64,000 bases of DNA from Raillietiella orientalis (Eukaryota): the NCBI GenBank assembly GCA_036172245.1, contig JAYWIR010000009.1:4774001-4838000 (forward strand), in the 5' to 3' direction. The notes beneath the pieces were generated by a model. The model made no database searches and had not been told where the DNA came from. It was given only the letters and a program-made list of their open reading frames with translations. Each line of letters opens with the position of its first letter. Within the stretch, counting starts at the first letter, position 1. Positions 26,656 to 40,019 of this stretch are shown piece by piece. The translations under genes and the position numbers were made by a program.

Positions 26656-29594
26656 TCTGTAACTAAAGAAACATGAGAAACCTCGTGGCATAGCAAAGTA
26701 CTTAACAAATTTGTACGTGTATTACGCAATAAAGAACACTTAACATTTGCTGCACTCAAAGTGCTTAGGGTTAAACGTATTATAGAATACCATCGCAGAT
26801 ATACTTTAATGAGCTCATTTACCTACCATCTTTTTTTAAAGAGTCACGTTTTAAATTTTAAACTTTCTGTTAGCTTACATAAGAAATTAAAATGCTAATG
26901 AAAACATAAAATCCACAAATACTGTACAACTCAAATGGCGACGGTGGCACAGCTCAATAAATCACACACTGAAAAACCTATCAAAGGGATCAAACAAAAG
27001 GAAATTTTAAACTGCAACGAGTTGGCACATCCTATTTTGCACGGAACACATACTTTTTTTTTTTTTGCTTTGTCTATTCCCTCAACCGCAAATACAAAAT
27101 CTACGATGTGCTTTCACATTGAAGTCGCAGATCGGAATTCGATTCTTAATTCTACAGTTCCAGATCATCCACTTCGTTTTAAAGTGTGCGTTACTATCGT
27201 CTCAAGAACCTAGAAACTCTCCACAAACACAGCTGGACACCAAAATGGCAAATCGGAGCTTTTGCGTGCGTGCGTACCAAGCATGCGAAGCATGCAGATG
27301 GGGCCGTTTACGCTGGGGAAAAAAAAAAAAAAAAAAACTTGGGTTGATTTTCAGTGGGGCCCAAAGAAACCCTTGGATAAAACACAGTGCAGACGTGATC
27401 GAGAGCAGCTGCTACGTTGGCTACCCTTTCGGCCTTCCCGTTAGGATTGTGGGCAGAGGAGACCGGAAGACACCGCGGAAAACCACCAGGACGGGAATCC
27501 ACGAAAAGGACCCGTGGGCAATTGGTGGAAAGGAACCGACAGCTTCGAATCCACAAACGGTTGGATGTGCACTTCATGCCCGGAGGAGGCTCTCGTCGTT
27601 CAGTGGCAGATAAAGATAGTCTGTGTGAAAGGAGGAGCGGGCGAAACCACAGACCAGTGGAGGCACCCACCAGTGAAGGCGCACCACTATCCTAGGTGTG
27701 TAATGAGATAGGTGCAATCACAGGTCTTATACACAAGGAAGAGAGTGCGTTCTTCGTTCCTCAACATGTGACGTACACAGAATCGACTGTCCTTTAGAGA
27801 GGGGTTAAAATTTTTTTGCCGAGATACAAACTTTGTTATTTATCGTTTTCATGCATCTAAGAATAGGCCAGAGATATTACGAAGGCACTTCTTATGGAAG
27901 ATGTTTTCACTGCTTCGAAACTTCTAGCTTGATGGCGTAATCAATGAGTTCACAGACTCCGGTAATATGGATCAAAATTATTCAGAAATAAGACCTTTGT
28001 ATGTCAACTGACTAGGATGTTTCACATAGGGGTGGATGATTGGAAATCATATGAGGTGCGAAAAATCAGATCAAGTCTTGTTGAAATAAGATCTGACTCT
28101 GAAAAAAAAGAAAAAAATGCAGGCACTGTTACTGGTGAGAAGAGGTTGCTGCAAAAACACCATTACTGAATCGATAGGTAGTTGCGTTGAACATTTGAAT
28201 AACTTAACATTCGAATAATTTCAATCATATCAACTGTACATTGGAATAATAAATACTCACTGATGAGCACTCGTGGAAATTTTGGCTTCAAAAGGGAGAA
28301 TTCATCGAATTTGCCGTTCAGTTTGAAGAATCCTGTGCCAAGTTCCAAGTAGTCGATAAAGTCTTGAAATCAGTACATAAGGCTAATTTGTCCAATAGAA
28401 TCAGAATAGAAAAAGACAACTTGGAGAAAGCAGCTGAAATAAAAAAAATAATACATAAACTAAGGATGCATAAACGTGGATTTATATCTAATCACCAGAA
28501 TAAAAAAGTATTTCACGAATGACCAACAAGATCAGAGAGTAGTAGATGACATACAGAAGATATCCAAATGTAATAGCAAACAAACAAAAAGATTAGAGTT
28601 ACAATGAAATTTTTAATAACTGCTGAAGTTTGATCAAACAACTCTCGTTCGAGTCAGTCAAAAATATGCAGCCACTTGAACAGCGGAAACGATTTTTATA
28701 AATCAGCTATGTTCTTGGAGGTTTCATGAGAAGTAGCTCAACTTAGAATGGAATTGGAATGTAAATGTAATTTAATGGGTATGAAAGAGAGAACTGTCGT
28801 ATAAGTGTTCATCTTATGACGATGCAGGTTGAAGTAGATGGAAACCCTACAGTTATTGAATGCAAAAAAAAAAAGACACCAAGTTCGGATGCTAAATTTA
28901 ATGTATATTCTTAGTGATATAATAGATCTACATCGAATGACATTGATCAGGTATTTCCTAATAGGAATGCAGAAGTATTCAGACATGAAAAGACAACTTC
29001 AACCGGAGTCCATATGAAATGACGAAAAATTGCATCACTAGACCAGACCAAGAATATACCAATGTAAAATTCCTTTTTAGGTTATACAAAAATGAAATAA
29101 GAATAATGAATTTAATTCATTAAAATGAAGCTTCAGTTTTCAATTTATGCTCTTCAGTTTTTGTAGCTATTTTTGTCAGAACTTTATCGATTATACGTAG
29201 GAAAATCACTGTGTGCATTGGTATCACTTGAAGTGTACTGAAAACATATGATATTGCTGTGTAGGTTGCGAGTGAAAACCGAGCTCTTTCCAAAGTCGAC
29301 ATATATGTGTTCCGTCCCTTTGTAAATAATTAAAAACAATGAAGGGATTAAAAAAATGTAAAATCCAGTGACACATAATGAGATGTGTGCACAGAATAGG
29401 AATCAGAAGTATAAAACTATTGTTCTTGTATCTCTAACATTCAAGTGAATAAATGTGCTTACCAGAAACACTCTACGATAGATGACCCGTATATATAATG
29501 AGGACCGAATATACCTACTTATCTATGATTTATCTGCCTTTACTATGCATGATTTTCTGTTGATCACGAGTTGTCTGCAATAGTTGGAATAAAA

Positions 29595-32500
29595 ATGGGA
29601 AGGAGATCTATAAATACCACTAAAAGTGGCAAATACATGAATCCAACCGATCAAGCAAGCAAGTGCACCAAATTGATATTATTTAAACTTCCTTTGAGTT
29701 ATTTTGTATTCAAATTGTATTTTGATGTTTTATTTTTGTGATTATTTGCAATATGCCAAGTATTTACTTAATCATTTTAATTCTGATTGTTAGTTATTAT
29801 TTCGATTTACCTTTTGAACACAGATTTGTAGCTATGTCGGTTTTGAGTTTTTTGAGTTTGTTATACAGGTAAGCTAGCCAATAAAATTTGCGGCTGGAAA
29901 ACTTTATTACTTGTTATGGTCCTTATTAAGGTAGATCCAATAATAGTGCAGTGAAAAATTAAACGTCATGTGATTTGTTCACCAGCTTTCACAATCTAGC
30001 CTACTTAATGTTAATCTGTTAGGAAAAGAAGCAAGAAAACGAGAATTGAAAAAAAACAAGAAACAGAGGCAAATGGTCCGAGCTGCTGTATTGAAAGGGA
30101 AAGATCCTGCACAGATCCTTTCGGATATGGAAAAAATTGATCGAATGGGTAAGTGATCTATTTACATGTCTGTCAATACTGTATGGGCTGCCTGGGGCAT
30201 AACTTGAGTACTCAAAGGTTTACATCATTTTTGGTATAAAAGATTCAGCAGTTCAGAAAACCAAAGAATTTTCTAGTGATCTGGAACCCATAAAATTCAC
30301 AGGAATAGATTATAGAAACTGATGTTGCAGGATGTCTCTTTTTTTGTTTATCTTAAAAATGCTATTTCTTTTGGAATTCTTTATGTACACAAATCGATGC
30401 AAGAATTAAATTGTATATGCATTTATGTGTACCAACTTTTATTTCAAATCAATATTTTGAAGTTAAAATGCTGATCAAAGATTGAATGATTTGATCTTCA
30501 TGACCATGTTTTCTTAAGCCATGTATTAAGATTTTGTTGCTTTTTTCTATTTTTGTTTTTTTTTTTTTTTAAACAAATGAGCATTGCAGATCTTTTATTC
30601 ATTCTCTTACTGAAATATAATAGAATTTTCTTACAGAGTTCAGTGTTGATCAAGGCCAACCTAGTTTAAATGAAAAAGTTTTAAAAGAAAAGAGAAAAAA
30701 ACTGAAGGAAACATTGGATAGAGTTTTGAAATTATATGTAAGCATTTGAAGTATTGACATCTTTATGCCAATTATTTTGTCATATTTTATTTGAGCAATC
30801 TAGCTTAATTTTTTTGTTTATTTTTGAATTTTTGGAATTCGTTATTATTGCCAAATTTAACTTTGCCTGCTGTTTGTTATGGTGCTCTGTACTTTATGCT
30901 GCTTCTGATTATTTGGCACATTTTGAACAGGCAATTGGAATTTTGCTAGAGTGAAATTCACAAACTCTGGTATGCTGTCATGGATGTGGATTTGTGAGGA
31001 ACATTATTTATTAGCATTAGTAAACTTATAGTGACCCATGGAAAACTTGACTTATAGGAAGTGAAAATCACTAGATTCATTCAAAACATCGAAAGCGTTT
31101 TTTGCATCCATTTGCATTTGTGTTTCATGCATGTCAAGTGTCCACCATTGACTGCTTGTCATTTGTTACTCAAGAAAAAATAGCAGTGATTTCTACCCCA
31201 GAATGCCTTCCAAAATTTTGTTCTTAAAGTGGATGTTTCACTTATACTGTTAGTGAAGTGACTTGCCCAAATTGTCATCCACCTTTCATGTTAAGCACTA
31301 CTAAAATATTGTTTTAATGGTAATGTTTCAAGAACATTTCAAGAAGGTGCACTTGTTTTCTATTCATAAATTTAGGGGTGTAAATCACATGACTTTCAAT
31401 GCTTTATGATTCCCATTTACTGCATTTCAGAAATTGTTGAATGCCTACATAAGTTTTTGTCAATGTGATTGTTTTGAATTTGATTCAAAGGCTTTGGTTT
31501 TAAAGGTTATCAATTTTTGAATAGTCTTCATTGACCTTGAAATGTTCAAGTTAGGATTCATTTGATGTAGTTCACATAAGTAATCAGACTTCTCAGATCA
31601 AGATTTCCATTACTGAGAATCGAAATTTTTTAAAAATCTTCGAATCTACGCAGATGTTAAGCCAGAGAGTACATGCTTGATGCTTGTTTGCTTTTAAGGA
31701 TATGTGTGTGCTTGTATTTGAAGGCAAAATGCAAGTATTAAGAGTACTGCTTGTAAATTCCAATTCATTTTTTTGAAAGATTCAGCACTGTTTGCTGCCT
31801 CCCTCATCTTTTTGCGTTTGGAATTGGGATATTTTTCTTCCTTTGAATATAAATTTTGAATATAAGCACTCACCTGCTGAAGTTAAGATGTGTTGACAAC
31901 TTCGTGGCTTAGACTAGAACTACTTTCAAGGTTTATCATTTATTTCCATTCATTCGAAGTTAGTAGATATGAGGAAAAAATGAATGGATTATGCAGTAGA
32001 AACTTTTGTCAAAAATATGATTGGATTGTGTGTGCTCACAATGCATATGAATGGATCTTCTCTTTATCATTGATTGGTTCAAGGAAAATGCATTTGTGGA
32101 GTATGACCTTGATACCTTCGTTTGCTGCCCCTTAATGTTCACTTTGTGTAGTTATTGTATATTTCAACTCTTTTCTGAATATAAGCTACGGCATGTATAA
32201 TTATGGCGGTAATTTAATCAGTGCAATTAGCTTTCTTGCATTGTAGGAAAAAGAAGATCAAGAAGTATGGTTGGAAATCAAACGTATGATGAATGAATAT
32301 GACAAGCGGCGATTTCTTATAATCCAGTACTATGAGTCTGTGAAAACTGCACAGACTGTTACAGTTGATGAAATCCCACTTCCAAGCTCAGCTCAAGTGC
32401 CTGCTCCCGTAACACCACAAATTACATCTCCAGGAGATATTCCTCTTCCTACTCCCAAACCAGCTGCTTATCCTGTAAACAGCATATTGAAAAGAACGCC

Positions 32501-34211
32501 ATCCATGTGAGAGGCTTATGTTTAGCTCAGTTGCATGCTTGATTGCGGTTTGATGTTTATTTTGAGATGATCTCTGAATTTTTTGCTGTTATCTATGAGG
32601 AGTCAGCAGGTGTTTATGTGTGTGCTTGATTCAAAGCATTTTTTTTATTCCTTTCCAAAGTATTCCTGCTTTTGAGAACTCCTATTGTGTGAAATGGAGT
32701 TTAATGAGCCGTGAGCTGGTTCTGCTAATAATTTCAAAATATGAATCAATTTGCTGCAATTGACTGCATGCTCCTTTCTGATCTCAGTGCTGCTCAGTGT
32801 GTTGTGATTGAAGTCATTCATCTCTTGAAAGCAAATAGTACAACTTGCATCAACCTAATTGCGTTATTCTGTGTTGATTATTTTAGTTTTCCCGTGAAAC
32901 CACGGAAGCCACCTGGAGTTCCTCCAGGTCCACCTCCTGAATTGAGTGATAATGAAGATAGTGAAAAGGAGGATCAAGGTATTTTATGCACGGGAGTTGT
33001 TCCTAGAATATGAATGCTATGTTTACAGTTATTGTTCCATTAGTTGTTGAAATGTTTCTTAGCCTTTTTTTTGTTCTTTTATCTTTTCCCCTCACTTTTT
33101 CTTCCTCAAAGGACCTCCTGGAGAAACAAAATCGGCATCACATGAAACTAAATCAGAAAGGCGCATTCGTTTTAATGATACCCTCAGTACATCAGAAGAC
33201 AAAACTTCTAAATTCTCCAAACGACCAGAGGAGCTTTCTTCCAAATCTTCTTTCAACAGTCATCTGTCACAGGGATTCGCAGCTGATCAAAATCTAGAGG
33301 AGTTCATGAAGGAGGTATCACTCACTTTCCTCACAGTAATTAAGAATAACTTGTGGATGGGAAAGCTCAGCTTTCAGTTTGGAAACTGTTGTATAAATGT
33401 GTTTTTTTTCTTTTTTCTCTCTCCAGATAGAATCACAGCCAAAGGATGGTGGCCCTGCAGGCATGGAGCATATGGACATGAGCAAAATGGATGCATCTCA
33501 GCAGCTGAATTCGTCAAATGTGTCCATGCTAAGAATGCAGCCTATTCTCTTTCGTCCTCCTCCCCTGAGATCAGGGGTGTTACCCACTTCTGGGCTGAGG
33601 ATTCCACCTGGGCCTCCACCAGGAAGACCTCCTGTGCTTACCTCTGGAGTCACAAATTCTATGACAACAAGAATGAACATTCGTCTACCTCCTGGGCCTC
33701 CTCCAGGTTTGGAGTTTCGTCATCTTTTTAATACAAGTTTTTGTTTTTATGTCTCCCACTTAAAGGGGTACCTCCATTGCGGATGGTTCGATCTCTATCA
33801 TCCAGCGGCAATGTTCTTTCTGCAGCTCCTCAGCTGGTTCAGAGGTCAAAGGATGGACCTGAGAAGGTGCATTCTGGAGCGACGATCCAGGCCAAACCCC
33901 AGCTAAGGTATGGTTTTTCTTTTGTCGTAAAGGGAGTCCCTCATTTTTTGTTTGTAAAAGGAACTTGAGTGCGGATATCACTAAGCTTGTTCCTGTGGCA
34001 CTGCGAATTAAGCGAGAAGATAAAAAGAAACTGAAAGGACCGTCCTTCCCAGGTAAATGAAGGGAATCGATGCCAGTCTTGATGTAATTTTTTCTCAGAA
34101 ACGAAATTGGACCTACTGTCGATGCTGAAGCCAGCACATGTGGCGTCTTTCAAACAGACGAAAGATGATGCGTACGCCCAGTTCATGAAGGAAATGGAGG
34201 GACTTTTGTAA
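29595..34211 (+). CDS. WBP11: WW domain-binding protein 11 (splicing factor SIPP1/Npw38BP), 10 exons
   Basis: N-terminus [67 protein letters not shown], PP1-docking-like SILK and RRIRF, PPGPPP repeats, and C-terminal TKDDAYAQFMKEMEGLL*. Intron 1 (29659-30022) is GC-AG. Confidence 0.97.
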
Positions 34212-34247
34212 GCCATGCACGGCTCCTCGGATGCATGGTCACTTGAG

Positions 34248-34278
34248 AATAAAGTAAAATGAGTAAATCTCCAATAAA
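34248..34278 (+). terminator. Two AATAAA polyadenylation signals of WBP11
   Basis: AATAAA at 34248-34253 and 34273-34278, just after the stop codon and just before the GC-rich block. Confidence 0.7.
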
Positions 34279-34329
34279 GTTGATCGTTTACCTTTCCGGC
34301 TTGCGCTGTCGGTTGCCCAGTTTTCCATC

Positions 34330-34880
34330 CTCCGCCGCGTGTGCAGCCCAATGTGCTCACGCAGCAGTTTGAAACTTTCAGTTGGGTGGCTGCTGCGAAG
34401 AAGCTGCCGAGACAGCGTGATGCCACAGCTCGTCGAGTGTTTCCGTGCTCCCGTTTCTGGCTCTCTACCCTGTTGCCCCGCTGGCGACGGCCGGGTATAC
34501 CCCCGCGTGGGGGCTGTGTGACGTGTACTTTACGGACTCGGCGTGCTTCGCCGGGATGCGCCAGGTTTGGGACCAGTGTGCTTCCTGTCGAAGGGTTTGT
34601 ACCTTGGCACTGGGCCCTTTTCAAACCGGTTTGGATGCACCGGGCGCCTGCCTCTTTGTGCGCCACCGGGAGTTCTGCGCGCGGTTTGCCTAGCTTGTCG
34701 CTGTTTGTTTCTTCGCAATCAAGAAAGCGTCCCACCCCGCCTGGAAAAGCTCGCCATCCTTGGATCACGCATCCAGAAGTCGGTGTTGTTTTTTTTCGTC
34801 TTTTTTTTTTTTTTGATAGGACGCTGCCTCGAACTGGGGCGAAAACCGTGACGTCGAAGTCGCGCGTCCGTCCGATCGCT
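34330..34880 (+). mobile_element. LINE 3' fragment (decayed zinc-finger region plus T-rich UTR)
   Basis: LPRW...SPGCARFG aligns by eye to LPVKW...NPNCARCG of the 43.9-kb copy and is followed by a T-tract. Confidence 0.6.
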
Positions 34881-35199
34881 TTTTCCTGGCGCTCCTCAAG
34901 CCCTCTGGCGCGAACCGACTGCGCAGACGACGCGCGCGGCCTGCCCTCCACGTTCTCGCAACGTTGGCATCGACGGGTGCGCGAGATTTTTTTCTTTTCT
35001 TTTTTCCGGTGAAAAGCTTCGTCCGGGTGAGAAGGCACACAGGAGAGGAATCTCCTGCGTGCCTTCTCAGGCGCGCCCTCCGCCTTTCTTCCCTTTCCTC
35101 TCCCCCCTCTTCCTTCTGCTGTGCAGGGTTGTGACTGGGAGCTGCGGGACCAGTTCAACGGGGGGTTTCGGCATGCCCCCCCCCCGCGCGAGGGACTTG

Positions 35200-36470
35200 G
35201 GAAGGCCATCTCTGGCCGAGCTGCCTCCCCTTCTCATGCGCGCGCTAGAAGGGGAGGGGGGCAGCGCTGACCGTTCTCGCGAGGTTGAGCGATCGCCAAG
35301 GGTCAGAGGGGCGACCCCTTCCCGTTCTCTGGCATTCCCCGTGCTTCGGATGGGGTCTGAGGGCCCCTGACGCAGTGCAGGGGAGGGGGGAACCCCTAAC
35401 CGCTTTCCTGAAAGGTCTCAGCGAGTTTTCCAGGGCAACCCGCCTTCTTTGCTTGCAAGGAAGTGGGGAACGGTTGAAGCTCCACGTTGAAGCCCTCACT
35501 GGCTTGCCCTTCCCACCTCGGGGGGAGAGGGAGGAGGCTTCCACGACCCGGGGTCGGATCGGCATCCGCCTTCCCGCGAGGCTGCAGGAGGTTCTTTCAA
35601 CGGAGGAAGATGTTCGGAAATCACCGGTGACCTCCCCTCTCTCATCCATGCTCCTCTCCTTCCCCCCACCTCCGTCCTGTGCGCGTGGCCTGCTGGGACG
35701 TCGAGGGGCCGCGCGGCGACGACAGGAGACGAGACGCCGCCTCCAGCCTGCGGCCCTTCGACCCGGTGCTCCCGCAGGGGGTCCACGTGATCCCGGCACA
35801 GGGAATTCGCATCCCGGTCGCTCCGGGGGCGTCTGCCAAGACAGAGGGACAGGGACACCACGGGGGCTCTCCCTGTTCCATCTCGAAAAACTGGGGAAAG
35901 ACCGGAACGACTGGAGGTGGAGGGACAGGAAAGTGAGAAAGGGCAGAGAGGAAGGGCGAAGACGGAAGGTCACCAGCCCGGGCCGTTCCCTTCCTCCTAG
36001 AACCGGCTCTGGCGGCCGCCTTCCCTCACGGAGGTTGCGACCTCCCTCTGCTGCCGGCCCGGTCCGTCGCGAGCTGTGGCGGCAGCCTCTCCCGAGTGAC
36101 TCCGTCTCCAGCGGAGGTATCTCCTGCTAGGCGGTGCCCTTGGGACTGCGGACGCGCCCGTGCCGCAGTTCCTCGAGGGCGCGCCTCGGGCGGTTCGAGG
36201 ACGCGCGGGTCACCCCGGGAATACCGGGTGCCTGCGCCGGTTGCACCCGGAGCACCCCTGCGGCATTGCTCGCCTCCGAAGCGATGGGATTGCTGCGGGC
36301 CCTTCGTCCGGTGGCAGCGCCCACCAACCTGCTGGTCTTCCAGCCCCCTTCTCTCCCCACCCATTGTGGTTGCCCCTGCCCTCGGGGCAGACTGCGCTGC
36401 AGCAAGGGTTGTGGCTGACCACTTGGGGACAGAGTTTTGCACCATTTCATCCAGGGTACGGCTGAGCAAA
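35200..36470 (-). mobile_element. LINE ORF1/endonuclease fragment
   Basis: VTGDFRTSSSVERTSCSL resembles LVAGDFNVHLLSDEWSCPRERSL of the 13-kb copy. Confidence 0.5.
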
Positions 36471-36970
36471 GAGTAAATTGGGAATGGAGTAGACCGGCCT
36501 CACTGGATCTCCGATGGCCCTATTCGATCAGGAAGGGGGAAGAAGGGGGAGGAGGCCGATTCAAGAGGATCCTTCTGCCCGCAAGCGCTAGAGGGTTCGC
36601 TTGCGCCTCGCTTCCACTTCGTTTCCCCCGTCGCGTGCAGGGAGCAGCGGGGATGGTCAGTGGCTCTCCAGGACGTCGGCCTCATTCCATCTCTATCCAT
36701 CTGGACAGTCACTGTATTCCGAGTGCGGCAGAGGGTGGTCAGCGGCGAGAAAGGGCCGACAAGCCTGAGTCCCGTCTGGACCCCTCTCTCTCTCTCTGAA
36801 GAGGAGACCATGCCTCCAGGCTTGCCTCTTCCCGGACCGCACCGTAGAGCCCGAGAGTCTCGGCCCGATGCGCTCCCAGTCCTTACTCCAGCAGCCTCCC
36901 GCATTCCGGCAGCACTTGCGAGGGAGGAGGAGGAGGAGGCAGGGGGAAGAAGGGTGCTTTCCCACGGTGG

Positions 36971-37900
36971 TTTAACACCCGGTTATGCCGGGGCTCTTAT
37001 TATGAAGATAAACACAAAGTGTAAGGTCATCGGCTCTACATCGTGCCAAAATGTTCAGAACCTGCTGACCGGTGACCGGCACGCAGGCCAGCGAGGTGCT
37101 CCTCGGCAGCAAAGGGGGCAAACAAAAACAAAAATAAATAAATAAAAAACAAACTCTGGGGGGCATGGGAAAGGATCATTGCCCGCTGCCCCTCCGCATC
37201 CTTTCCGGGAAGCTGGCAAGTTCCATCCGAGTGTTCCCAGGGTTCTCCAGGCGAAGCCATCTGGCTGCCGTCCGCAGGAAGCGCAGGGCGAAGGGCAGGT
37301 GGCGACACCATCGCGCCGCTGTCCTCACCTCGCGTAGCCCTAGATCGCTGCAATCCCGCGTAGGCGGCAGCAAAGAGTCACCGGAGATGCGGTAGATAAA
37401 AGGGCGTCGCGCGAAGAGGCGTCCCTGGGATTGTCTGTCAGTGGGCCAAGGGCCGTTGCGTAGCGTAACCACAGGGCCGGAGGGCAACACAGTCTACGAG
37501 CAGGTGCCAAAGCTGGGATTCCCGTTCCCCGTACCCGCAACTGCAGCCCCGGTTCCAGTGGGACCGGCATGTGTTGCACGGAAGACCCCAGTGCAACAGC
37601 AGGAGTGCCGACCCCTGCCATTTGTCTCAGAGTGGTGGTGGTGGGGATTCGTCCCTCGGGCGCTCTCTCCCCACTGTTGCGGTGTCGTGGCGTTCGACGT
37701 CTCGGAGATGCGCCCGGCGCTCCAGCAGGATGGCGACGGTCAGCTGGCACCGAAGGGGGAGGAAAGGGGGACGTCCCCCGGGAAGCGCTCGGGAAGTCCT
37801 CCCTAGGAATCCCCTGGGGTTGCGGGTTCCAGAGGGGTCTCGTTTGCCGGGCAGCAGGTTCGTCCAGCCGTCTAGGTGACCCCGGAGACACGGCAGATCA
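36971..37900 (-). mobile_element. LINE 3' fragment with complete terminal module
   Basis: WQGSALLLLHWGLPCN...HW.RG...GERES...HLLVDCVALR is near-identical in places to 43960-44120. It is followed by a T-tract, the GCCTGCGTGCC motif and the terminal stem-loop. Confidence 0.8.
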
Positions 37901-38633
37901 CATCTCCTGAGCTGCAGGAGCCCCTCCTTCCTCCCGACCCCAATGGTGAAGCGTGGCCTCCTCAGCGGTCAAGAGTTGAGATATGGGCTGGTACCCCTGC
38001 AAGGTGGGTGGGAATGAAGGAGAATCTCAACCCAGAGGTGCTGCTGATCTAGAGGGCCGGAATTCCCACCCGCATCCCCGTTCCGTGGTCCAAGACACCC
38101 TGCGCCTTCCTCCTCGGTAGGCGGCTGAAATGTCGACCCCTAGAAGCACCGTCGCGCCTTCTCTGGGGCACCCGCTTGCGCCGAAGGGGGCAGAGGAGGG
38201 GGAAGCCCGTCGCGGTGGTCAGGAGCCGCCGACAGGGCAAGCAGCAGCACTCCTTTGGAGGCTCCGTTCCCGCGCTGTGGTCAAGACGGGGTCGCCGTGA
38301 CGACCGCGCAGCACGACCCCAAGCAGGGTACCGCTTCACCACAGGAGCAAAGGGAAGTGCGCATGCCCCGGGGGTCAGGCTGCCTGCTCCCGCGTGCGCG
38401 AGCGGAGTCGCCGCGCCTCCTACCCGGGGTGCCCCACTCTTCTCTGCGCAGACCAGCGGCGCGCCTCCTGCGGTCCACCTGCCCCCGCTCGCCCCTGATG
38501 CTGCAGTCGGTCCGCGCTCAGGAGCGCTCATCTGCTCTCTGCAGAAGATCGTAGGAGACCCACGAAAGACCCTGCGGGCAGACATTGTTCACCCCAGCGC
38601 AAAATGGGCGCTTCTGCTACCAAAGAGGTCCGC

Positions 38634-40016
38634 GTCGGAGGCCGTGTGGTTACGGTGGTCTCCACGCGTGGCACCACCAAGCAAGCGTCGCGGGTTCGAA
38701 TACTCCGAAATGAATCGATGCAGTGCGTCGCGGATTAGAGTTTCTCTTGCAAGATGAGGCTGGTCGGCCTCTATTCATCCGGGTGCGGCAGTGGTAGTGG
38801 TTGAAACCGGATGCCCCCGATGAAAGCCTGGACAATGAAAGTCGACCTTCGGGTCCTTCCAGGAAGCAAGGAGTGGGAGTCCCCTTCCGGTTGGGAGTTC
38901 ACTTCCGGTTCCCCCATTCCGGGGGGACCCTCCGCGTCGTACTGAGATGGCGCTCGGTCCGTTCCAGAACGGCAGTTTCCACTTGACGGAAACGGGCCAC
39001 GGCCTGAAACTTCTTCGCGGCCCCTCCCCTTCGCTTCCTGCTTTTTGTTTGCCCCGTCTTCCTCTCCCCTCCTCCCTGCCGTCAAAAGGCGGACCGAAGG
39101 AAAGCCCCGGGAAGGGGGGACAAAGGGAGGTCAAAGCGTCCGACTCAAGGACTTGTGTGCTCCTCGCCAGGATGCCTCCTCGCCAAGCGAGCTGCCGGTT
39201 GCGACGGCCGGACATCGGTCCTCGCCGGCACCCACCGTGGCGCGCGACCCAGTGCGGACGTCGACTTCGGCAGATGGCGAAGATGCCTTGGCGAAGGAAA
39301 GTGCATGGGTCTCCTGACTCCCTGCGAACCGCACGGGGGAATTTTCACCCGGTCACGCCGCGGGGCATTTATTATAAAAAAAACATTACAAAAAGAAACA
39401 GTCATAAACGAGATAAAAAATCTTCTTCCTCCGTGGTGACGTCAAATCATTACTACGAAGGGAAATGCCTCCTCCTCGGAGACGCTGCTGCTCGTGAGCA
39501 GCTTCCCTGATGAGGTCCGCACGGTAGAAGTGGTGGAAAGGGGTGAACCAAAACAAAAGAAAGGGAAGAAGGAAGGGATCGCAGATTTCTTCCTGATGTT
39601 CTCAGCATCCTCTGGAGGATGCTGACATCCTCCTCCTTTTGCTAACGGAGATGTGGCCATCTTGTAGCCTTCCTCAAGGAGCGATGGCCCCACCTAGGAC
39701 CAAAAATCACAGAACTTGTCAGCCTCGTGGACAGGATACGGAGGACGTCTCCTGGCGTACTGTGATCTCTTCCTTACCCTCTCCTCACCAAGAAACATTT
39801 TCCGCACCCTTTTTTTGGTTTTTTGGTTTTTTTTGTTTGTTTTTTTTTGTGGTTTTTCCTCCCCTTCGCCGAGGCAACAGATCTCGCCGGCCTGCGTACC
39901 GGTCGCAACAAGTTTTCGCGCGTGGTACAACCAAGTGTTCTACCACAGTATCGTAAGAAATCTCGACTTTTATTATAATTTTTAGAATAAATGCCTCGAC
40001 AAATCCGGGTGATAAA
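38634..40016 (+). mobile_element. Composite LINE copy (ORF1-like start, post-RT ORF2 region, 3' end)
   Basis: 38950-39100 (PFQNGSFHLTE) is homologous to 43110-43230 (PLMEGKFHLPE). CCTCCTCCTCGGA is shared at 39468 and 43505. Terminal module at 39986-40016. Confidence 0.7.
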
Positions 40017-40019
40017 CCT

